Positions 1-8,927 of a DNA stretch of 29,235 nt are shown in pieces (the first letter of the stretch is position 1; each line of letters starts with the position of its first letter). A program made the translations under genes and the position numbers. This stretch comes from Terriglobales bacterium (GTDB taxonomy: Bacteria; Acidobacteriota; Terriglobia; Terriglobales; Acidobacteriaceae). The notes below the pieces were generated by a model, which was not told the DNA's origin, searched no databases, and was given only the letters and a program-made list of their open reading frames with translations. Where the stretch lies: NCBI GenBank assembly GCA_049585515.1, contig JBAVAA010000740.1, forward strand, positions 1 through 29,235. The letters run 5' to 3'.

Positions 1-393
1 ATGAACGCGATCGCCGGGAATCCCTATAATCCGCTTCACTACAAACAAACCCGGTTCTTCCGGTGAGAGAAAAACGACGATGTCGCCCCGCCGAATCTCG
101 CGATAAGGCAGCAACGCACCCATCCAATGAGTTGGGGGCGCAAACTGCTCGCGATTCACCAGGACGTGGTCGCCGATGAGCATCGCGTCTTCCATGGAAC
201 TGGAAGGAATCTCAAAATTCTGCAGCACAAACGTCATGATGAACAGGACGATGATCAGCAACTCCGCTAACGAGGCGAAGAACTCGACCGCCGTCTCGCG
301 TGGCCTTTCGTCAGCGACGGATTGCTTTTGTTCTTGCGCGTTTGTGGGCACGTTCTGCATCCAGTCGGGAGGATTTTCTTCTCCGTGCTTCAT
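1..393 (-). CDS. lepB: Signal peptidase I, third tandem copy (3' end runs off the window)
   Basis: Not in the ORF track. Manual translation from ATG at 393: MKHGEENPPDWMQNVP...ETAVEFFASLAELLIIVLFIMTFVLQNFEIPSSSMEDAMLIGDHVLVNREQF...GDIVVFLSPEEPGLFVVKRIIGIPGDRVH. TM segment, catalytic Ser (IPSSSM) and Lys (VKRI) present. Alternative ATG at 360. Confidence 0.93.
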   Translation of the reverse strand, partial: MKHGEENPPDWMQNVPTNAQEQKQSVADERPRETAVEFFASLAELLIIVLFIMTFVLQNFEIPSSSMEDAMLIGDHVLVNREQFAPPTHWMGALLPYREIRRGDIVVFLSPEEPGLFVVKRIIGIPGDRVH

Positions 394-405
394 CCCCACA
401 CCGGA

Positions 406-1203
406 TCAGCGCACCAGCATAAAGGTTCTGCGCCAGCGGGTTTCATCGAAGAAGTGAATGATGATGTGCGCGAGGAACCCCAACCGGTCGCCAATGTCGC
501 GCATCTGGTACTGGTCTTCCGGCGTAATGAAGGACCAGTAGATAAACATGGGGCGGCCGATGACATTCTGCAGCGGAACAAAACCCCAGTAGCGGCTGTC
601 GTAGCTCAAGTCCCGGTTATCGCCCATGGCAAAGTAGCTGTCCGGGGGAACGACGATGTCGTCACCCACAATATGCTTAGGCATCTCCTCTATCCATTTC
701 TCATTCGTGACATGAGAATTTTCCGAGGTTGGCAGCACAGCGGGAAAATTGTCCCGGTACGGAAAATCGCCGGGCATTTTGTGGCGCACGTACGGCTCAT
801 CAAGTTTTTCGCCATTGCGGTACACGATGCCGTCGCGCAAATGGATGCGGTCGCCGGGAATGCCGATGATCCGCTTCACCAAAAATAGCCCCTGTTGTTC
901 CGGTGATAAGAACACGGCAATGTCGCCGTGGTGGATTTTGCGATAAGGCATCAGCGGCCCCATCCAGTGGGTTGGCGGCGCGAACTGTTCCCGGTTCACA
1001 AAAACGTGGTCGCCAATCAGAAGGGTATCCTCCATGGAACTGGAGGGAATCTCAAATGCCTGCAGGATAAACGTGATGATGAACAATCCGGTGACCAGAA
1101 CCCCTGCCAGGGAAGCCAGGAATTCGACCGTCGTCTCGTGTGGCTTTTGGTCCTCGATGACTTCTATTTCTTGTTTCTTAGGCACGTTCGGTGTCCATTT
1201 CAA
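406..1203 (-). CDS. lepB: Signal peptidase I (S26), second copy
   Basis: IPSSSMEDTLLIGD, LVKRIIGIPGD and GDNRDLSYDSRYWGFVP motifs; N-terminal TM segment. Confidence 0.96.
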   Translation of the reverse strand: MKWTPNVPKKQEIEVIEDQKPHETTVEFLASLAGVLVTGLFIITFILQAFEIPSSSMEDTLLIGDHVFVNREQFAPPTHWMGPLMPYRKIHHGDIAVFLSPEQQGLFLVKRIIGIPGDRIHLRDGIVYRNGEKLDEPYVRHKMPGDFPYRDNFPAVLPTSENSHVTNEKWIEEMPKHIVGDDIVVPPDSYFAMGDNRDLSYDSRYWGFVPLQNVIGRPMFIYWSFITPEDQYQMRDIGDRLGFLAHIIIHFFDETRWRRTFMLVR

Positions 1204-1273
1204 ATGCTTTCTGTAAAACAGGTCTCCAGTTGCTCATCTTCGGATCCGCGCGTCGTTTCTGAGCGGTTCGTTC

Positions 1274-2023
1274 TCAACGTACCAGTCTGAAAGTTCTTTC
1301 CCAGCGCGTTATCTGGAACAAATGTGTAACTGCGTAGGCAAGGTGATAAAGTCTATCACCCACGGTTGGCGATCCGGGAAGATCGTTGTTCAAACCCCCG
1401 GATGACCAGTAAATCAAAAGCGGGCGTCCAATTATATTTTCGCGAGGAACGAATCCCCAATACCGGCTGTCCTGACTGTCGTCGCGATTGTCGCCCAGCA
1501 CAAAGTAGTAACCCTCGGGAATAATCAACTGATGGTCTTCGACCAGTTTGGGCATTTCCTTCCACCATTTTGCATCGGTCGCATAGTCGGGAGAGTCGGT
1601 CTGCGGAAAGTCGTCACGATAATGATTGCGCAGGGCGGTGATGTACTGCACGTAAGGCTCGAGGAGGGGAACGCCGTTGACGTAAACGCGTTTGTCGATG
1701 AGGCGGAGGCGGTCTCCGGGAAGCGCCACGACTCGCTTTACGAAGTCCTGCGCGGGATTCACGGGATAATGAAAGACGACCACATCACCGCGGCGGATGC
1801 TGCGGTAAGGCAACAGCCGATTCCATCCGGTGCCGCCGCCATAGCAGAATTTATCCACCAGCAGATAGTCGCCGATGAGCAACGTCTGCTCCATGGATTC
1901 CGAAGGGATGGTGAAGGCTTGCACCAGGAAGGTCACGACAAAAACGGCGATCACCACCGTTCCTGCGACCGACTGAATCGTCGCAGGCCAATCATCGGCG
2001 GAAATCTTTTCACTCCACGACAT
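1274..2023 (-). CDS. lepB: Signal peptidase I (S26), first copy
   Basis: IPSESMEQTLLIGD, FVKRVVALPGD and GDNRDDSQDSRYWGFVP motifs. The ORF track starts at TTG 2044; ATG 2023 is preferred because TAATCT lies 7 nt upstream of it. Confidence 0.95.
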   Translation of the reverse strand: MSWSEKISADDWPATIQSVAGTVVIAVFVVTFLVQAFTIPSESMEQTLLIGDYLLVDKFCYGGGTGWNRLLPYRSIRRGDVVVFHYPVNPAQDFVKRVVALPGDRLRLIDKRVYVNGVPLLEPYVQYITALRNHYRDDFPQTDSPDYATDAKWWKEMPKLVEDHQLIIPEGYYFVLGDNRDDSQDSRYWGFVPRENIIGRPLLIYWSSGGLNNDLPGSPTVGDRLYHLAYAVTHLFQITRWERTFRLVR

Positions 2024-2062
2024 AACTACGAGATTACCTGACAATCTGCGGGGAACTCGGGT

Positions 2063-2213
2063 TTCGTATCAGGGCATCGCTTCAGCGATGCCGAATGCTC
2101 TACGAAATTGGATGCCCGTTCGGGGGCTGCGGAACCCCCATCCACACTCAGCGCCTGAAGGCGCGATCACCGCTGGGTATGACGGCATGCCTGAAGGCAT
2201 GCCCTGATACGAA
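2063..2213. repeat. REP/MITE-like palindromic element (TTCGTATCAGGGCAT family), inverted doublet
   Basis: Perfect 15-bp terminal inverted repeat TTCGTATCAGGGCAT (2063-2077) / ATGCCCTGATACGAA (2199-2213). Each arm carries a hairpin (GGCATCGCTTCAGCGATGCC; GGCATGCCTGAAGGCATGCC). Same unit occurs at 16901 and 24065. Confidence 0.85.
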
Positions 2214-2253
2214 TCTAAATTGCGTCTAATAATTGCTATGTCTCGCCAGATTG

Positions 2254-3048
2254 CTACGTCACGCCGCCGTCCTTCCCCACATTTGGATGTTGAGTGCGCG
2301 GCAATGTGGCCAGGTGCTCCAGGACTTGCCGCGCTGCTTCCTGTTCGGCCCGTTTCTTGGTCGCGCCCTGGGCACGACCTACAAATTTTCCCATCTCCGG
2401 CGCTGGCAGCCTTACTTCGACTGTAAAGGTCTTCTTGTGTTCCGGTCCTTCCTCCTTGACGAGAGCGTAGACCGGCTGCGGCCCGCCTCTTGCTTGCAGG
2501 GCTTCCTGCAAGGCGGATTTAAAATCCATCACCGGGATGGCGCTCGTTTCAAGCTTCATATGCGCCAGCTCCGGCTCCACGATTACGCGCACGATGAAGT
2601 CTCGAGCCACTGCCCAGCCGCCGTCGAGGTAGAGCGCCGCCAGGATCGCTTCCAGCGCGTCGACCTGTAGGCTTGCCTTGTTCCGGCCCCCGCTTTTTTC
2701 CTCTCCCCGGCCGAGCCGCATGTAATTGCCAATTTGCAGTTGCTCGGCCACCCGCAACAGATGCCGTTGCCCTACCAGATGAGCGCGCAGCTTGGAAAGA
2801 TGACCTTCCTGGAATTCGGGGAAGCGATGGAAAAGCGACTCGCTAGTGGCCAATCCGAGAACGGCGTCGCCGAGAAACTCGAGCATCTCGTTGTCGCCTA
2901 CGAATCCGGTCGTCACTCCGCCGCTCAGGCCCAGCGCTTCTATCTCGCGCGCTTGAGAACTATGGGTAAGCGCCTGCTCGAGCAATTCGGGGCGCTGGAA
3001 GCGATGACCCAGGTTTTCTTCCAGCACCAAAATTTCATGTGATTTCAT
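2254..3048 (-). CDS. rnc: Ribonuclease III
   Basis: RNase III signature NEMLEFLGDAVLG, DALEAILAALYLDGG, and a C-terminal dsRBD (DFKSALQE...GPEHKKTF...KKRAEQEAA). Start placed at ATG 3048 because the ORF-track extension to 3090 is translated REP sequence. Confidence 0.96.
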   Translation of the reverse strand: MKSHEILVLEENLGHRFQRPELLEQALTHSSQAREIEALGLSGGVTTGFVGDNEMLEFLGDAVLGLATSESLFHRFPEFQEGHLSKLRAHLVGQRHLLRVAEQLQIGNYMRLGRGEEKSGGRNKASLQVDALEAILAALYLDGGWAVARDFIVRVIVEPELAHMKLETSAIPVMDFKSALQEALQARGGPQPVYALVKEEGPEHKKTFTVEVRLPAPEMGKFVGRAQGATKKRAEQEAARQVLEHLATLPRTQHPNVGKDGGVT

Positions 3049-3055
3049 TTGTTCA

Positions 3056-3136
3056 GTAGAGACGCGGCTTGCCGCATCTGAGGCTTGCAAGGGTCATGCC
3101 GCCGCCGGCCAAAGACGAGGCGAGCCTCGTCTCTGC
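3056..3136. repeat. GTAG-type REP inverted doublet (REPIN-like)
   Basis: GTAGAGACGCGGCTTGCCGCATCT (3056-3079) and an inverted copy GCAGAGACGAGGCTCGCCTCGTCT (3113-3136, minus strand). Confidence 0.8.
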
Positions 3137-3148
3137 CATGAATGACGG

Positions 3149-4072
3149 TTAGTTCTTAGGAGGAGCCGGGACAGTTGCGCCGGTGAGCTGTTGCAAACGC
3201 TCGCGTTCGCGGCGCGCCGGCGTTCCGACCACTGTGTTATCTTGCGTCATCTCCACGGCGCGGTTCGCCACCTTGAGCGCTTCCGGATATTTCTGCTGTT
3301 TGTCGAGAGCCAGGGCCAGCCGAAGAACGACTACGGGATCCGGGTCGCTCGGATAAACATCGATGGACTTTTGCAGATCCTCCTGCGCGACCACATAATT
3401 GTCTTTTTTAAACTCTATAGTACCGAGAATCGAATAGGCGTTGGAGCGCAGCAGCGCCTTATAGGCGTCAATTTTTTCCTGTGGAGTGCCCGCCGGGACA
3501 CTGATGTCGGTGTCCACGGTTTCCGTCGCTTTCTTCGCCATCGTGATCGCCTCACCGAAGCGTTGATCTTTGTCGATATCCGAGTCGTGCGTTCGCTCGG
3601 CGATCACCTCGGCGACGGTTACCAGAGCCTCTGGATCGTCGGCATCAAGGCTGAGGACTTTTCGCCCCATGGCCTCGGTCTTCTCCGCGTTGTTGGCATT
3701 CTGGTACAGACGCATCGTGTTCTTATAAAGAAGCACGCGAAGTTCACTGTCCGGAAACTTCGTGGCAAAATCGTCAGCCGCCTTTTCAGCGGCGGCCGGA
3801 TCGGTTTTAATGGCTGCCGCCGCCTTCCAGGCATCCAATTCCGGGTCCGTCTTCGCTTGCGGTGGACGCTTGCCCTGAGGCGCAGGGGCTGTGCCCGGTG
3901 CGGGCGTTGCCTGACCTGTGGCCGGGGGTGTCTGCTGTGCCGGTTGTCCGCTGGTCTGGGCCTCGGCCCAAACAGCGAAACTCAATATGCCTAGGCTTAA
4001 TAAACCCAGAGTGCGCAACTCTAGATTACGTAATCCCAGACTGCGTAACCCCTCAATCACCGCTCGCTTCAT
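3149..4072 (-). CDS. Secreted TPR-repeat protein
   Basis: Signal peptide, Pro/Gln/Thr-rich linker, then TPR-like helices (AYSILGTIEFKKDNYVVAQEDLQKSI; LRLALALDKQQKYPEALKVANRAV). GGAGAG RBS before ATG 4072 (ORF track start 4084). Confidence 0.85.
   Translation of the reverse strand: MKRAVIEGLRSLGLRNLELRTLGLLSLGILSFAVWAEAQTSGQPAQQTPPATGQATPAPGTAPAPQGKRPPQAKTDPELDAWKAAAAIKTDPAAAEKAADDFATKFPDSELRVLLYKNTMRLYQNANNAEKTEAMGRKVLSLDADDPEALVTVAEVIAERTHDSDIDKDQRFGEAITMAKKATETVDTDISVPAGTPQEKIDAYKALLRSNAYSILGTIEFKKDNYVVAQEDLQKSIDVYPSDPDPVVVLRLALALDKQQKYPEALKVANRAVEMTQDNTVVGTPARRERERLQQLTGATVPAPPKN
3991..4050. repeat. Four degenerate 15-bp tandem units in the signal-peptide coding region
   Basis: CTAGGCTTAATAAAC/CCAGAGTGCGCAACT/CTAGATTACGTAATC/CCAGACTGCGTAACC, encoding GLRSL-GLRNL-ELRTL-GLLSL. 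Confidence 0.7.
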
Positions 4073-4110
4073 GCTCTCTCCCATAAACGCAAAGTTTCAA
4101 ACCTAATATC

Positions 4111-4138
4111 GGGAGACGCGTCAATGCCGCGTCTCTAC
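4111..4138 (-). repeat. GTAG-type REP, single copy
   Basis: Minus strand reads GTAGAGACGCGGCATTGACGCGTCTCCC; same family as 3056 and 18447. Confidence 0.8.
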
Positions 4139-4146
4139 GTGAAATC

Positions 4147-5682
4147 TCATTGCGGACGCTTCGCGACCGGAGGTTCATAGGGTTGATCCAACCCCCGTTG
4201 GGCCGCCAGTTTTACTTCGGGAAGCGCGCCGCCCGCCGCATCCATTGCCGCCCGATACTGATCAACGGCGGCGAGGCGGTCTTCCTTTAAATCGAAAATT
4301 CGTCCCAGGTAAATATGCGACCAGGCGATCACCTTGGGCTCATGCGCAGCCTGCAACGCTTTTTCAAAATAGCCGCGCGCGCCGTCGATGTCTCGATTCG
4401 CGGTCGCGACTTGCGCCAGAATGAACAGCGCGCGTCCCGAATCCTCTTCCTGTTCGTCAAGCGCCTGCTGCGCCAGCTTCTGGGCGGTTTCCGGATCGCC
4501 CGCCGCCAGCCGCCGCTCCGCGTTCAACAACAAGTGTTCGCTGTGGGGGCCGGCGAGATGCAGAAGCTCCGGCGCCGCCTCGCCCGAAAACGCGATCTGC
4601 GAGGCTCGCTTCTTTTCTCGGCCCACGTCAATCGAGCCCACCATGTCTGCGTAGGCATTGCGCATGCCCGTCGGGTCTCTATCGAACTTGCCCAACGAGT
4701 CATAGAAATACCGCGTCAGCACGTAACCTTCCTGATCGGCCTCTTCGAGATTCTTAGCCCGCTCCGGTTCCGGAAGGTTACTCAATTTCTGCTCAATGGC
4801 ACGCACCAGGCATTCCGTGACCAGCAGCGAAATGTTGCTTTTGAAAGCATCGTCCATTGGAGCGTTCTTCAGGTCCGCCAGCAACGGCTCCAGCCGTTTG
4901 AACGAGTCGCCGTTTTTCAGCGCCAGTGGATCGAGGAGATAATGAAGATACGTATGCCGGATCTGCTGCAGCTTGATCGCCATCCCTGAGCTCGGCGAAA
5001 TCACCACATAATAATCCGAAGCATAATTGCGCGCGTTGGTTGGCCCGGGCGCGCCCATTGCATCCAGATAAACGGTAAACTGCCGTCCCAGATAGCCGGT
5101 GGACGGCATCTTCAGATAAATCTCGGTATCGAAGGTCATCTTGGCCAGAGGAGCGTGATAAATCTCAGTCAATTCCGCATAGCGGGCCCGATGCCGCTCC
5201 CAGATGGCATGTAAACCGATCTTCGCGTAGAAGGCCTGCATCAGCGGCACCATGCCGGCTACAGAAGCGGCATCCGGAGGCAGTTCCGCTTCCTTCACCT
5301 TCAATGCGAAGGTTGGCGGATCCTCTAAGTAGAGCGCCAGGGATATGTAGTGGGACAGGTCGTGGGCGGGATCGGGCACCTGGTGTTGGCGGTAGAACAA
5401 GCACATCGGGCCAACAACGGACTGAGCTTCGGGCGTATTCTCCACTGCTTTGCCAACTTCCACCCTGATCTGCGTCCGCAGCGGATCGGAGACATTCAAC
5501 TCCTGGTCATAGCCGCAGGTGTTGATGGCGGTCAGCACCGTGAACAGTGTCTCGCTCGTCTCCAGCGACACATTCGACGGGTTATCCGCCGCCGCCGAAG
5601 CCGCGAGCAGGAGTGCCGCAAAGCCCACAGCGAACGCCCGTGGTAGGTGTTGGGGCGGGAATTTCCTTTTGACATCAGACAT
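4147..5682 (-). CDS. Secreted protein with a degenerate gluzincin-like domain and C-terminal TPRs
   Basis: Signal peptide; HTYLH followed by ECLVRA; C-terminal TPRs (ALFILAQVA...GARGYFEKAL; WSHIYLGRIFDL...AVDQYRAAM). Confidence 0.8.
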   Translation of the reverse strand: MSDVKRKFPPQHLPRAFAVGFAALLLAASAAADNPSNVSLETSETLFTVLTAINTCGYDQELNVSDPLRTQIRVEVGKAVENTPEAQSVVGPMCLFYRQHQVPDPAHDLSHYISLALYLEDPPTFALKVKEAELPPDAASVAGMVPLMQAFYAKIGLHAIWERHRARYAELTEIYHAPLAKMTFDTEIYLKMPSTGYLGRQFTVYLDAMGAPGPTNARNYASDYYVVISPSSGMAIKLQQIRHTYLHYLLDPLALKNGDSFKRLEPLLADLKNAPMDDAFKSNISLLVTECLVRAIEQKLSNLPEPERAKNLEEADQEGYVLTRYFYDSLGKFDRDPTGMRNAYADMVGSIDVGREKKRASQIAFSGEAAPELLHLAGPHSEHLLLNAERRLAAGDPETAQKLAQQALDEQEEDSGRALFILAQVATANRDIDGARGYFEKALQAAHEPKVIAWSHIYLGRIFDLKEDRLAAVDQYRAAMDAAGGALPEVKLAAQRGLDQPYEPPVAKRPQ

Positions 5683-5837
5683 ATTTGGACATTATGGACA
5701 TTATGATGGAACGCTAGAAAATAGTGTACGAACTGGTTAATTCGCGGTCAAACGGATAGTAGTGTGGAACCATGGGCGTGCACGATGCGTTCGGTATCCA
5801 CCGCTTGTTCCTCGGGGACGGTAGAATGCATGAACCA

Positions 5838-7298
5838 ATGTTGTCGAAGCTAAAAGAAGCCGGTGGATTGATGAATCCGGGAGAATTTCGCGAAGTTGGG
5901 CACCAGGTGGTGGACCTGCTAGCCGAATATCTGGAGCACATCGAAGAGAAGCCAGTGTTCCCTAACGTGGAACCAAGCACTCTGACACGTCTTTTTGCCG
6001 AGCCATTGCCGCTGGATTCCAGCCCTCCCGAGCAGGTTCTGGGAGAATTGGAAGAAAAGCTCTTTCCCTATTGCACGCATGTCGGGCATCCGGGTTACAT
6101 GGGGTTGATTACTCCATCTCCCAATCCCGTCGGCATCATTGCGGATTTCATCTGCTCCGCGCTCAACCAGAACATCGGCGCTTACACAATTGGGCCCTCT
6201 GGCGTGGCCATGGAACGACGAACGGTACGTTGGCTTACCGATTTGGCCGGATATGACGACAAGGCTGGAGGTAATCTCACCAGCGGCGGCATGATGGCGA
6301 ACTTCATCGGGCTCAAGCTGGCGCGGGACTCGGTTTCAGGCGACCGGATTCAGCTGGATGGAGTTCAGAACCGCTGGGCGGTATACGCGTCGGAAGAACG
6401 GCATGTTTCCGTGGACAAAGCTGTCGATGCCGTGGGGTTGGGCCGCACCGCCCTGCGCGCGCTGCCAACCGACGCTGCATTTCGTGTGCGGCTGGATGCG
6501 CTCGAATCGGCCATTGCCGAGGATCGTAAGCGCGGGATCCAGCCACTCTGCGTCGTGAGCCTTTTCGGCACGACGAACACCGGGGCGGTCGATCCAATCA
6601 GGGAACTGCGGAAGATTGCGGATCGCGAGGGAATGTGGCTCCACGCCGATGCTGCCTACGGCGGCGGCATGTTGCTTTCGCATGCATGGAACATGCGCAA
6701 TCAGGGTTTGGAACTCGCCGACTCCATCACAATTGATCCTCACAAATGGTTCTACGCGCCACTCGACGCGGGTGCGATTCTGGCGAAGGACGACCGCAGA
6801 TTCACGGCGTCGTTTGGGATGAAGCCGTCCTATCTCACAGATGAGCTGGATCGTGAAAATGAACGCTACCAGTATTACGTCCACAGCTTCGAGCAATCGC
6901 GGCGTTTTCGCGGGCTAAAGGTATGGATGAGTTTCAAGCGCTACGGCGCCGACCAGATCGGGGAGTGGATCGACAACAATGTGCGACAGGCAAAACATCT
7001 TTATTCGCTGGTCGCACAACAACCCGAGTTTGAGGCGGCCAGTGAGCCGCCGATGTCGGCAATCTGCATTCGATATCGGGGCGCGGACCTGGACGAACCG
7101 AAGTCCAAAGAATTACATGCGGAGGTTGCAGGGCAAGTCGAACGCAGCGGAAAATTCTGGATCTCGACCACCGAACTGAAAGGGAAGAGCTGGTTCCGCA
7201 TTAATCCAGTGAATTTTCGGACCCGGGCAGAACACATGGAGCAACTGTTAGCCTTGCTTCAGAAGGAGTGTCGAGCCGCACTGCGAAGCAGTGCCTAG
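5838..7298 (+). CDS. PLP-dependent group II decarboxylase (aromatic-L-amino-acid / DAB decarboxylase-like)
   Basis: HPGYMG, TSGGMMAN, HVSVDKA, GTTNTGAVDP, WLHADAAYGG and the PLP-lysine motif DSITIDPHKW. Start uncertain (5772/5838/5871); TAGAAT at 5822-5827 favours a downstream ATG. Confidence 0.92.
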   Translation: MLSKLKEAGGLMNPGEFREVGHQVVDLLAEYLEHIEEKPVFPNVEPSTLTRLFAEPLPLDSSPPEQVLGELEEKLFPYCTHVGHPGYMGLITPSPNPVGIIADFICSALNQNIGAYTIGPSGVAMERRTVRWLTDLAGYDDKAGGNLTSGGMMANFIGLKLARDSVSGDRIQLDGVQNRWAVYASEERHVSVDKAVDAVGLGRTALRALPTDAAFRVRLDALESAIAEDRKRGIQPLCVVSLFGTTNTGAVDPIRELRKIADREGMWLHADAAYGGGMLLSHAWNMRNQGLELADSITIDPHKWFYAPLDAGAILAKDDRRFTASFGMKPSYLTDELDRENERYQYYVHSFEQSRRFRGLKVWMSFKRYGADQIGEWIDNNVRQAKHLYSLVAQQPEFEAASEPPMSAICIRYRGADLDEPKSKELHAEVAGQVERSGKFWISTTELKGKSWFRINPVNFRTRAEHMEQLLALLQKECRAALRSSA

Positions 7299-7331
7299 CA
7301 GATACTGGGAGACAAGCCGCGCGAGCCAGTA

Positions 7332-8048
7332 CTAGCCCCTAACGCTGATCTTCGAGAATGAGAGCACGGCCGTACCCGTTGTCGGGCGCCCCATGGAAAG
7401 CGCGGGACGGAAGGTTGTGAAAATCAGCATATTTTTCAACTGCGGCAGCACGGCCTGCGCGTCGTCCGGTTGCGACAGGATGCGGTAATCCTCCACGCGG
7501 CCGTTGGCATCCACGTAAGCCTCAACTACAACCGCATTGTCGCCCATATTGCCAAGCGAAGCGCCGAAGGCCGACTGTTCAAGTTGCGGCGCGGTGTAAA
7601 GCATCAAAGGAACGTCACCGCTGCTCGCCTGCAGTTCCGCCGGCAAGGCAAAGAAACCCAGCAGAAGTCCAAAAAACAATATGGCGCTGACCAGTCCCGC
7701 GGTGGCTGGGACCATGAATGCGTTCAGCGCATTTTCCAGCCTCACCAGCATACCTTCATAGCGCGGACGCACCTTTTGTGCGGCCTCGCGCGAAATCGCC
7801 AGCCGCAACTTCAAGGCCAGGTCAACCGGAGCCTTCGCCGGCCCGAGATGGGCAAGCAGTTGTTGGGTCCGCTGCATCGCGGCAAACTCCCACTCGCAGC
7901 TTTTGCACTCTTCCACATGACGAGTAAGCGCCCGCATCTGCGACCCGCTCACGCGGCCGTCAAGATACGGCGAGAATAATTTCCTGATGTCAGCGCAGTT
8001 CTTCTTAGCGAAGTTCATCTCATCTAAGTTCATCTTGGCTAAGTTCAT
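7332..8048 (-). CDS. Zinc-binding (ZAS/zf-HC2) transmembrane anti-sigma factor with a TonB_C-like periplasmic domain
   Basis: C..IRKLFSPYLDG...HVEECKSC (HxxxCxxC); one TM segment; C-terminus VVVEAYVDANGRVEDYRILS...FRPALSMGRPTTGTAVLSF. ATGA overlap with the sigma gene. Confidence 0.88.
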   Translation of the reverse strand: MNLAKMNLDEMNFAKKNCADIRKLFSPYLDGRVSGSQMRALTRHVEECKSCEWEFAAMQRTQQLLAHLGPAKAPVDLALKLRLAISREAAQKVRPRYEGMLVRLENALNAFMVPATAGLVSAILFFGLLLGFFALPAELQASSGDVPLMLYTAPQLEQSAFGASLGNMGDNAVVVEAYVDANGRVEDYRILSQPDDAQAVLPQLKNMLIFTTFRPALSMGRPTTGTAVLSFSKISVRG

Positions 8049-8902
8049 GGCGTCACCTCCGCCTCTCTGCCACCACCCGAACCTTCCCGCGTGCTACAGG
8101 ACGCGCCACTCCGCCGATCATGCCCAGATACATCATTCCCAGATCCAGAAGTACCCGCAGAGGCGTCGGCCGGGGCGAGCAGCCCCAATTCCGGACCCAC
8201 CTCACGGACATACTCGGTCAACTTTTTGCGCAGCGCGGCACGGCCGCGAGTGATTCGGGACTTCACCGTTCCCAGCGATATCGCCAAAACGTCCGCGATC
8301 TCCTCGTAGGACATCTCTTCCAGATCGCGGAGGATCAAAGCGGTGCGATAAGGCTCCGGCACCTGCTGCAAGGCCTGCTCCACCGCCAAACGAACTTCGC
8401 CATGCGCAAACTTTTCAAAGGGAGACTCGCCCGGATCGACCAGCCGTTCTTCCCCGGAAACCTCGAATTCTCCCGAGACCACCGGATCAATCGGAGTTTC
8501 CTGCGCCTTGTGCCGGAACCACCAGCGCCGGCGATTCGCGGCTTCGTGCAAGGCGATGCGGTATATCCATGTTTTCAGGCTGGACTCGCCATGGAAATGC
8601 TTCATCCCGCGAAAGACTTTTAGAAACACATCCTGCGTGGTATCGGCGGCGTCGGAAGGGTCGTTGACGATGCGGTAGATGAGCCCGTAAATGGGTTGAT
8701 GAAACTCGCCAATCAGCCAGGCGTAGGCCTCTTCCGACCCCGCCTTCAGTGCGGCAATGACGGCGGATTCTTCGGTTCGGGCCCCGATAGCGCTGGCAAG
8801 ATCACCCAATGTAATAGCTCCCGCCACGACGGCGTTGCCTCCAATTATAGAGTCATTCGAGCCCGAGCCGGCGGGAAAGTTCACTTTCGCCGACACTACC
8901 AC
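8045..8902 (-). CDS. ECF (sigma-E/W-like) RNA polymerase sigma factor
   Basis: Region 2 DAADTTQDVFLKVF...SLKTWIYRIA; region 4 LILRDLEEMSYEEIADVLAISLGTVKSRITRGR. AAGGA RBS before the GTG start. Confidence 0.95.
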   Translation of the reverse strand: MVVSAKVNFPAGSGSNDSIIGGNAVVAGAITLGDLASAIGARTEESAVIAALKAGSEEAYAWLIGEFHQPIYGLIYRIVNDPSDAADTTQDVFLKVFRGMKHFHGESSLKTWIYRIALHEAANRRRWWFRHKAQETPIDPVVSGEFEVSGEERLVDPGESPFEKFAHGEVRLAVEQALQQVPEPYRTALILRDLEEMSYEEIADVLAISLGTVKSRITRGRAALRKKLTEYVREVGPELGLLAPADASAGTSGSGNDVSGHDRRSGASCSTREGSGGGREAEVTP

Positions 8903-8927
8903 CGAATCCTTGTCCGCTTATATATAT

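Noticed and set aside
2063..2213. Autonomous insertion sequence
   Set aside because: 151 bp with no transposase and no clear target-site duplication; kept only as a REP/MITE-like repeat.
3049..3090. N-terminal extension of RNase III (MQASDAASRVSTEQ)
   Set aside because: It is translated REP sequence; ATG 3048 gives a normal-length protein.
5838..7298. Decarboxylase as part of a siderophore or secondary-metabolite cluster
   Set aside because: No synthetase, monooxygenase or transporter neighbours; it is a stand-alone gene and its substrate cannot be assigned.
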